The notes under the pieces are model-generated. The model was not told the DNA's origin. It did no database searches and saw only the letters and a list, made by a program, of their open reading frames with translations. DNA of 64,000 nt from positions 55,938 to 119,937 of the forward strand of contig JAYENL010000314.1 of assembly GCA_034722055.1 (NCBI GenBank). The letters run 5' to 3'. The position numbers and the translations under genes are program-made. Shown here one piece after another: positions 57,198 to 64,000 of this stretch. Source of the DNA: Armatimonadota bacterium (GTDB lineage Bacteria > Armatimonadota > Zipacnadia > Zipacnadales > UBA5352). Position 1 is the first letter of the stretch. Every line of letters starts with the position of its first letter.

Positions 57198-58154
57198 ATG
57201 AGAGGCCGCGCGGCGATCCTCGGGATGCTCCTATGCCTGCCGGCCCGGAGCCCGGCGCAGCAGGGCGGCGAGCTGCCACCCCTGAACCCCGCGGAGCAGC
57301 AGACCATCGACCTGCTCGAGGACAGCAGCTTCGAGGAGCCTGAGGCCGGGGTGTGGCGCTTCAGCGACTGGCCGCCGCGCCCCGAGACCGGCGCGCGCCT
57401 CATCGCGGACTCCGTCCGCTTCACCACCGAGCAGTCGCACTACGGAGAGCGCTCGCTGATCTTCGACCTCACCACGGTGGGCGCAGACCGGACGCTGATT
57501 GCAGACCAGCGCCTGGCGGGCGAGGCCCTGGCGCCTCACGAGGGCCGGCGGATGCGCCTCTCCGCCTCAGTGCTGTTGGCCAGCGGCCCCACGCCCCAGC
57601 GGGTGATGCTCACCATGCGCCAGTGGGGCGAGGGCGGCCCGCCCATCGACCACGAAGCGGTGCGGATGACCGCGGACGTGAATGAGTGGTCCACCTGGAG
57701 CCGGGAGTTCACCTTCCGGATGGGCGAGACCCGGCGCGGGGATGTCAACGTCACCGTCGGCCAGAGCCCCGATCTCGAGAACCGCCCGGTCGTCTACGTG
57801 GACGACGTGCGGCTGGAGGTGCTGGCGGAGCCGCCGCTGGCGGGGACGCTGCTCACCGGACAGGTGCTCATGACCCCGGAGGGCACGGTGCCGGTGGAGG
57901 TGGTGGTGTCTGCGCAGGCGTGGGAGGCCGGTCTGCGCGGGCTGGGCTGGGACCTGTGTTCCCCTAACGGCCTCCGCACGCACGCCCACGGCGAGATGAT
58001 GCTGCCCTCGCGCAGCTCGATCCTGAACGTACCAGTTGCCGATATCCCCGAGGGGCGGCACGCCCTGCGCCTCGCGCTCGGAGCAGAGCCGGGAGAGCGC
58101 CAGGTCGAGGTGCTGCTGCCCTTCCGACGAGCGGAGGGTCCCTTTGCGCGCTGA
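57198..58154 (+). CDS. Secreted protein with a galactose-binding/CBM-like domain
   Basis: GGAGG RBS, signal peptide, DLLEDSSFE...VYVDDVRL jelly-roll motifs. Confidence 0.7.
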   Translation: MRGRAAILGMLLCLPARSPAQQGGELPPLNPAEQQTIDLLEDSSFEEPEAGVWRFSDWPPRPETGARLIADSVRFTTEQSHYGERSLIFDLTTVGADRTLIADQRLAGEALAPHEGRRMRLSASVLLASGPTPQRVMLTMRQWGEGGPPIDHEAVRMTADVNEWSTWSREFTFRMGETRRGDVNVTVGQSPDLENRPVVYVDDVRLEVLAEPPLAGTLLTGQVLMTPEGTVPVEVVVSAQAWEAGLRGLGWDLCSPNGLRTHAHGEMMLPSRSSILNVPVADIPEGRHALRLALGAEPGERQVEVLLPFRRAEGPFAR

Positions 58155-59568
58155 ATGCCGATGCTGGAGACGCGCCCTGGCGGCGGTGGCTGTGCTGGTC
58201 CTGCTCGGGGCCGGCGGCGCTGCCGCCGAGCTGCTTGAGGACGTTCAGTTCTCCCGGCCGGAGCCTGACGAGCCGCCGGTGTCGGAGAGCGATCGGATGC
58301 ATTTCACCCCGCCGAGGGCCGAGCACGCGCCGGAGCTGGATGGGCGGCTGGAGGAGGGCCTCTGGGAGGCGGAGGCCGCCTTCCTGGGCAGCTTCCGCCT
58401 GGGGCTGTCGGCCACGCCGGCTCGCCACGCCCGCGAGGCCTGGGCGGCGTGGGACCAGGAGGCGCTCTACGTGGCGGTGCGCCTGGAGCGAGAGCCGGGC
58501 ACGGAGCTGCGCGTCCTCACCCACGAGCCGGACGACGGGGCCATCTGGGAGGATGACGAGATCGAGATGTTCCTGGACCCCCTCCTGACCGGCACGCATT
58601 ACTGCCAGCTCATCCTCAACTCCGAGGGAGTCCTCTACGATGCCGAACACCGCCTGGTGGAGGTGCCGGACCCCGGCGCGGCGGAGCCCGGTGCCACCAG
58701 GCTCGAGCGCCGCACCGATCTCACCTGGTCGTCGGACCTGGAGCGGGCCGTCTCGATCGAGGACACTCACTGGACGGTGGAGATGGCCCTGCCCCTGGCG
58801 TCGATCGGGCTCACAGGCGCCCCGGCCGGCCATCAGCTTGGCTTCAACCTCACCAGCGCCGACTGGGACACCGAGGAGTACACCACGCTCTCGCCTGTCA
58901 GCGACTGGCACGATCCCCGCCAGTTCGGCCTTCTGGCCCTCGGTCCGCCGCGGGTGCGCGTGAAAGAGCTTGACCTCTCCGGCGTCGGCCAGGGGCGGAA
59001 CCTGCTGCGCCTGGAGCTGGAGCACCTCCGGGGGCCGACGGGCGATTTCCTGCTGACCATGACCTTCGAGGCGGCCGGCCAGTGGCTGCAGCGCGAGCGG
59101 GCCTTCGCCATGGCTGAGGGGGACCTTGCGCGCGTGGGACTGGTCTTCGACGTGCAGGCCGACAGCGGCCCGTGGAACGCGCGCGTCCAGGTGCTTGGCC
59201 CGGAGCGCCGCCCCGTCTACGTCAGCCGCCGCACGGGCGTGCTGCCCGGCCCCATGCGGGTTCGGCTGGCGAGCCGGGCGTCCTTCGCCGACGGTCCGGC
59301 GGTGCCCATGGTGGTGCGGCTGGGCGTGGGTCGGCTGACCGCTCGGAGGCTCTCGCTGCGCGCCCGGCTGCTGGCGCCGGGTGGTGAGGTGGTGGCGGAG
59401 CAGGCCATCGGCGCGGTGGAGGGACCGGTGATGGCTGCCGTCATGCCCGTCACAGACCTGGCGCCGGGGATCTACGCGCTGCAGATGGACGCGCTCTCTG
59501 ACGATCGGGTGGTGGCGTCGGGCAGCGACGCGCTGCGCGTGGCGGCATCGCCGTTCGAGGAGACCTGA
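58144..59568 (+). CDS. Secreted CBM9-like sugar-binding protein
   Basis: TTG start after GGAGG; PELDGRLEE, WDQEALYVAV, IWEDDEIEMFLDP, WTVEMALP. Confidence 0.75.
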   Translation: MRAECRCWRRALAAVAVLVLLGAGGAAAELLEDVQFSRPEPDEPPVSESDRMHFTPPRAEHAPELDGRLEEGLWEAEAAFLGSFRLGLSATPARHAREAWAAWDQEALYVAVRLEREPGTELRVLTHEPDDGAIWEDDEIEMFLDPLLTGTHYCQLILNSEGVLYDAEHRLVEVPDPGAAEPGATRLERRTDLTWSSDLERAVSIEDTHWTVEMALPLASIGLTGAPAGHQLGFNLTSADWDTEEYTTLSPVSDWHDPRQFGLLALGPPRVRVKELDLSGVGQGRNLLRLELEHLRGPTGDFLLTMTFEAAGQWLQRERAFAMAEGDLARVGLVFDVQADSGPWNARVQVLGPERRPVYVSRRTGVLPGPMRVRLASRASFADGPAVPMVVRLGVGRLTARRLSLRARLLAPGGEVVAEQAIGAVEGPVMAAVMPVTDLAPGIYALQMDALSDDRVVASGSDALRVAASPFEET

Positions 59569-59599
59569 CTCCGGCCGGTTGCACACGGAGGCTTGGCCC

Positions 59600-62032
59600 A
59601 TGTGTCATGACACGGATCGAGGCCGTCTGATACTCGCATTGATGCTGGCATGCCTGCTGGCGACCGCCGGCGGCGCCCAGCAGGCCGAGCGCGAGCCGCT
59701 GCCTGCGCCGCCCGCCGATGGGGTCTGGCGCTTCGACCTCTGCCACCCTGACGCCCCCGCGGGCGAGGGCTTCTATCGCGTCACACCGGACCTGGCGTAC
59801 GACGCACAGCGGCGGTTCGGCTACGTGGAGCCGGGCGAGGGGCAGGCCTTCGATCAGAACCGGCGCGTCATCCGCGACGTGCTGGTGCTCGATGACGTCA
59901 CGCGCGACGGCATCTACGGCGGCTCTGCCTTCCGCGTGGACCTGCCGGACGGTCGCTACCGCGTGGTGGTGCTGACCGGCCAGTACAGCCGCCCCGGCGC
60001 CAACCGCCCGGACTCGCACTTCCGGGAGTACGAGATCGCTGCCGGCGATCAGGTCCTCTATCAGCAGGGGGACTCGCCGGAGGAGTTCTTCGACGCCGAA
60101 GGGCGCTACTTCGCCAACTACTTCCGCGACTGGCATCCGGATGTGAGTCTCTACCGGGCGAACATCGCGCGGTGGATCCCCTACGGCGACGCCGAGGTGG
60201 AGGTGACGGGCGGGGCGCTGGAGGTCACGGCCTCGCGCTACGCTCCCATCAATGCTCTGTGGGTCTTCCCTGCCGGGAGCGATGCGGGGGAGGCGGCGCT
60301 GGCGGAGTTCCGCGCCCATCAGGAGCAGTTCTTCAACGCCCAGTACCCTTTGCTGGCCGAGGAGCCCGAGCGGGAGATGCCCGAGCTGCCCGCGGAGATG
60401 GCCGAGGCCGGGGTGGCGGTGTACGTTCGGCAGACGGCCGACGATCTGCGGCCCGCCACACGGCCCATCGGCGTGGATATGCAGCGCCCGCTGCGGCTCT
60501 TCGCCAGTCCCGGCGAGCGGGAGCCGGGCGTCGTCGCGGTCACCCCGCTGCGGGAGATCGCCGGCGAGATCGATCTCGTCGCCGGGGACCTGCAGGGCGA
60601 CGAGGGGGCCACGATCCCGGCCGAGGCCTTCGACATCCGCTACGTGCGCTACGGGGAGTACCCGGTCACCGGCGGCTATCAGGTCCGGCCGCACTTCCTG
60701 GTGCCCTGGCGGCCGGATCGCCTGGAGGAGGGCCTCACGCGCGGCTTCTGGGTGGACCTGTTCACCCCCGAGGACGCCCGCCCGGGCTTCTACGAGGGTG
60801 ATCTGACGCTCACCGGTCCGGACATCGAGCTGCAGGTTCCGGTGGAGGTCCGTGTCCTGCCCCTGGAGCTGCCCACGTCGCGGCTGTACGCGGGAGTCTA
60901 CGCCGGCGACCTCAGCGGCACCACCTTCCGCCACTACCGCACCATGCGCGAGCTGCCCTACGACCTGGTCTGGACGGTCCTGCGCAGCCGCATGGAGTTC
61001 CTCGCAGACCAGGGCTTCACGGGGCTCTACGACAGCCTCGGGTGGTACCCCTTCGAGTTCGGCGCCGACGGGCAGATCGTGACCACCGAGACCTGGGACT
61101 ACTGGCTGAAGGTCTTCAAGATGGCGGACTCCATCCCCAACTTCAGCGAGCGGATCTTCCCCTACTACATCGGCGGGCCGCAGATGTTCCCGAAGGTCCC
61201 GGAGTTCCTCTCCCGGAGCCAGATCCCGAGCATGGAGATCGCCGAGATCCGGTTCTCGGACGAGGCCGTGGAGGGCATGTGCCGGCTCACCAGCTTTCTC
61301 TACGAGCAGATCCGCGAGCGGGACCTTCCGGAGCTGGTCTTCTACGTGCAGGATGAGTTGGGCAACGACGGTGCCAGAGGCGCGCGCTACGGCCGCGAGC
61401 TGCTGAAGGCCATCAACCGCTGCCGCGAGCGGGTCCCCGGCGGCTTCCGGACCTGCATCTCCACGCTGCGGGCCTCCATCGCCCGGGAGTACCTCGACGA
61501 GGCCGACATTGTCATGCCCAACCAGGCCTACCCCGTCAACGAGCAGACCATCGCGGAGTTGCGCGAGCACGGCTGCACCCTGGGGCTCTACAACATGGGC
61601 GCCGACCGCTTCAGCTACGGCTTCTACCCCTGGCGGGTCGGGGCCTACAATCGCGCCCAGTGGTCCTTCAGCTACGATGGGGACTCCCGCGACCCCTTCG
61701 TGTCGCTGCCCTCCGGCGCCCGCTACTCCTGTGACTGCCACTTCACGCCACAGTGGGAGGTCCTGCCCTCCATCGGCATGCTCGCCCAGCGCGAGGGCGT
61801 GGACGACTACCGATACGTGCAGCTTCTGGAGGAGACGCTGCAGCGGGCCGGGGGGCAGGGGGCCGGCAACAGCGAGGCCGCGAAGGCAGCCCGGCGGACG
61901 CTCGATGAGCTGCGCGATGCGGTGGTGGTGGATTACCGCGACCCGGCGAACAACTGGGATCGCTCCACCATGGACTACTGGCGCTGGCGGGTAGCGCGGG
62001 CGACGATGGATCTGCAGTCGGAACTCAGGTAG
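59600..62032 (+). CDS. Secreted glycoside hydrolase-like protein (GH123/DUF4091-like C-terminus)
   Basis: Signal peptide; FRVDLPDGRY, ASPGEREP, PEDARPGFYEG, VRVLPLELP, YVQDE, REGVDDYRY. Confidence 0.7.
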   Translation: MCHDTDRGRLILALMLACLLATAGGAQQAEREPLPAPPADGVWRFDLCHPDAPAGEGFYRVTPDLAYDAQRRFGYVEPGEGQAFDQNRRVIRDVLVLDDVTRDGIYGGSAFRVDLPDGRYRVVVLTGQYSRPGANRPDSHFREYEIAAGDQVLYQQGDSPEEFFDAEGRYFANYFRDWHPDVSLYRANIARWIPYGDAEVEVTGGALEVTASRYAPINALWVFPAGSDAGEAALAEFRAHQEQFFNAQYPLLAEEPEREMPELPAEMAEAGVAVYVRQTADDLRPATRPIGVDMQRPLRLFASPGEREPGVVAVTPLREIAGEIDLVAGDLQGDEGATIPAEAFDIRYVRYGEYPVTGGYQVRPHFLVPWRPDRLEEGLTRGFWVDLFTPEDARPGFYEGDLTLTGPDIELQVPVEVRVLPLELPTSRLYAGVYAGDLSGTTFRHYRTMRELPYDLVWTVLRSRMEFLADQGFTGLYDSLGWYPFEFGADGQIVTTETWDYWLKVFKMADSIPNFSERIFPYYIGGPQMFPKVPEFLSRSQIPSMEIAEIRFSDEAVEGMCRLTSFLYEQIRERDLPELVFYVQDELGNDGARGARYGRELLKAINRCRERVPGGFRTCISTLRASIAREYLDEADIVMPNQAYPVNEQTIAELREHGCTLGLYNMGADRFSYGFYPWRVGAYNRAQWSFSYDGDSRDPFVSLPSGARYSCDCHFTPQWEVLPSIGMLAQREGVDDYRYVQLLEETLQRAGGQGAGNSEAAKAARRTLDELRDAVVVDYRDPANNWDRSTMDYWRWRVARATMDLQSELR

Positions 62033-62056
62033 GGTCATCGACGTCCACGCCCGGTC

Positions 62057-62187
62057 GAGCTCGAGCGGGTGCGGCCTCAGATTGTCGGTCGCGGGCGTGG
62101 GCGCCCGCAACCGAGGCAAGAACTGGGGCGCGGGCGCCCTCGCCCGCGCGTTCCACCGACACTTGGAATTCGCACCCGCTCGAGCTC
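62057..62187. repeat. 131-bp REPIN/MITE-like element with a perfect 17-bp terminal inverted repeat
   Basis: GAGCTCGAGCGGGTGCG (62057-62073) / CGCACCCGCTCGAGCTC (62171-62187), enclosing TGTCGGT/ACCGACA and two opposed GCGGGC..GCCCGC palindromes. Confidence 0.7.
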
Positions 62188-63850
62188 ACCGTCGGGCCGG
62201 GATACACGCCTCATAGCGGGCCGCGATAGGCATCCGGCGACCGGTGCCGAAGGCCTTCGTGGTGACCTTCAGGCCCGGCGCGGCCTGGCGGCGCTTGTAC
62301 TCGTTGCCGTTGACCGCATTCACCACCCAGCGCACCGTCTCGGGCTCAAAGCCCTCAGCGATGATCTCCGGCAAGGACAGCCCCTCCTCAATGTAGAGCT
62401 CCAGGATCGTGTCCAGCACCTCGTAGGGCGGGAGCGTGTCCTGGTCGGTCTGGTTCGGCCGTAGCTCCGCCGATGGGACCTTCTCGATCACCGCCTGCGG
62501 GATGATCTCGCCATCGCGATTGATGTACTCCGCCAGCTCGTAGACCATCATCTTCGGCACATCCGCCAGCACCGCCAGCCCCCCGGACATGTCCCCGTAG
62601 AGCGTGCAGTAGCCCACCGCCAGCTCGCTCTTGTTGCCCGTTGACAGCACGATGTGCCCGTGCTCGTTGCTGATGGCCATGAGGATGTTGCCGCGGATAC
62701 GCGCCTGGATGTTCTCCTCCGTGGTGCTGGGCGGGGGCGGAATCAGCAGCCGGAGCTCCTCGATGCAAGCGCGGTAGATGTCGGCGATGGCGATCTCCTC
62801 GAAGCGGATGCCCAGGTTCCCCGCCAGGCGCTCGGAGTCGGTGACGCTGCCCTCGGACGAGTACATGGAGGGCATCGTTACACCCATGACCTGCGCGGCG
62901 CCCAGCGCCCGCGCCGCCAGCGCGCACGTCACCGAGGAGTCGATGCCGCTGGACAGCCCCACCACGCCCCTGTCGAAGCCGCACTTGCGCATGTAGTCGC
63001 TGATCCCCAGCACCAGCGCGTCGTGCACCGCCGCGATGGGCTCCAGGGGCTCGTAGGCCCCGTCGTCGCCATCCGCGCCGCTGTCCACCGTGGCGATCTC
63101 CTCGCCGAAGTACCGGCAGCGCTCAACCACCTGCCCCCGCGCGTCCAGCAGCAGGCTGCCGCCGTCGAAGATCAGCTCATCATTCCCGCCCACCTGGTTG
63201 GCGTAGACGAAGGGCACTCCGTGCTCGGCTGCGTGGCCGGAGATGAGCTCATAGCGAACGCGGTCCTTCTCGGCGTAGAAGGGCGAGGCGGAGAGGTTGA
63301 CCATCAGCGTGGCGCCCTGCCTGGCCAGCTCCGCGACGGGCTGCCGGTCGTAGAGGCGCTGGGCCGGCCACAGCTCGGGCGCGTTCCAGGCGTCCTCGCA
63401 GATGCTGATGCCCAGCACCTGGCCGCGATACGCCACCGGCCGGACCTGAGGCGCGGGGTCGAAGTAGCGATGCTCGTCGAATACGTCGTAGGTGGGCAGC
63501 AGGGACTTGTGCCGGACGGCGACGAGCTCTCCGTCCTCGACCAGCAGCGCTGAGTTGTGCAGGCCCGCGCCCACGCGTCTGCCGGTCCGCGTCGGCGCGC
63601 CGAAGAGCACGCCCGTGCCCGCGAACTTCGTCGAGGCCCGGCGCAGCTCCGCGATGGCCGCCTCAACATGATCGATGAACCACCGCTTCTCAAGCAGGTC
63701 GCGCGGCGGGTAGCCCACCAGGTAGAGCTCCGGGAAGACCACCAGGTCCGTGTCCTGCGCGTGGCAGCGTCCAGCAACCTCGATGAGCCGCTCCAGGTTC
63801 CCCTCGATGTCGCCGACGACCGGGTCGAGCTGCGCGATTGCCAGCTTCAT
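62186..63850 (-). CDS. nadE: Glutamine-dependent NAD+ synthetase
   Basis: Nitrilase domain (FPELY, HKSLLPTYDVFDE, ICEDAW) plus synthetase domain (GLSSGIDS, ENIQARIRG, TGNKSE, PSAELRPNQ, YKRRQ). Confidence 0.96.
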   Translation of the reverse strand: MKLAIAQLDPVVGDIEGNLERLIEVAGRCHAQDTDLVVFPELYLVGYPPRDLLEKRWFIDHVEAAIAELRRASTKFAGTGVLFGAPTRTGRRVGAGLHNSALLVEDGELVAVRHKSLLPTYDVFDEHRYFDPAPQVRPVAYRGQVLGISICEDAWNAPELWPAQRLYDRQPVAELARQGATLMVNLSASPFYAEKDRVRYELISGHAAEHGVPFVYANQVGGNDELIFDGGSLLLDARGQVVERCRYFGEEIATVDSGADGDDGAYEPLEPIAAVHDALVLGISDYMRKCGFDRGVVGLSSGIDSSVTCALAARALGAAQVMGVTMPSMYSSEGSVTDSERLAGNLGIRFEEIAIADIYRACIEELRLLIPPPPSTTEENIQARIRGNILMAISNEHGHIVLSTGNKSELAVGYCTLYGDMSGGLAVLADVPKMMVYELAEYINRDGEIIPQAVIEKVPSAELRPNQTDQDTLPPYEVLDTILELYIEEGLSLPEIIAEGFEPETVRWVVNAVNGNEYKRRQAAPGLKVTTKAFGTGRRMPIAARYEACIPARR

Positions 63851-64000
63851 GGGCGCATCTCCCGTCTGTGGACTAATCCTAAGTGGCAGGATCTCGCGTA
63901 TTATGTGGCGGGGCGGCGCGCGTCGCCTCAACTCCCATTGGCCCCCCACGTTGAGTAATGCAGGCGCCCTCGCCTGCATGCCGTCTGCCTCCGGGCACAG

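Noticed and set aside
1..64000. Many long antisense or alternate-frame ORFs in the track (e.g. 31388-33604 +, 38888-41230 +, 59450-62119 -, 29352-31355 +)
   Set aside because: They are shadows of real genes in high-GC DNA: no motifs, skewed composition, and full overlap with well-supported CDSs
1..64000. CRISPR arrays, rRNA/tRNA genes, prophage, integrase or IS transposase
   Set aside because: No regularly spaced direct repeats, no tRNA or rRNA signatures, and no such protein motifs were seen

Overview
High-GC bacterial chromosomal segment, densely coding (about 52 CDS). The gene content suggests Armatimonadota or a related lineage, but this is inference: a DUF6785/6784-type membrane protein, two URO-D-family proteins, several large secreted CBM9/GH-like proteins and GAAC-N4-GTTC LexA-type boxes. 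No rRNA, tRNA, CRISPR array, transposase or integrase was seen. Blocks from left to right: a secreted lyase-like gene plus DUF6785 transporter-like gene; a CHASE2 histidine-kinase operon; sat-cysC-AlkP; a phosphoketolase remnant; a sialidase-like gene and a sugar-catabolism run with an orphan half-HsdS; a NagB-like gene; MoxR-DUF58-transglutaminase with an alpha/beta hydrolase and DUF4139; mpg; an enolase-family gene; tandem YdcF genes; ECF sigma/anti-sigma with M48 peptidase; archease; CapA-parvulin-GNAT; a stand-alone qatB-qatC pair; a Wzc-like tyrosine kinase with 12 consecutive Tyr; DUF3160; secreted glycan enzymes; amrS; nadE. The most notable observations are: (1) a minimal QatBC (QueC-like) module without qatA or qatD; (2) an unannotated 52-aa hydrophobic peptide under a near-consensus promoter flanked by two LexA-type boxes; (3) a candidate ~170-nt structured RNA with a three-way junction, a kissing loop and a terminator, upstream of a secreted glycan operon; (4) a family of compound REP-like repeats with compensatory base changes. 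All family assignments come from motif recognition by eye, not from database searches.
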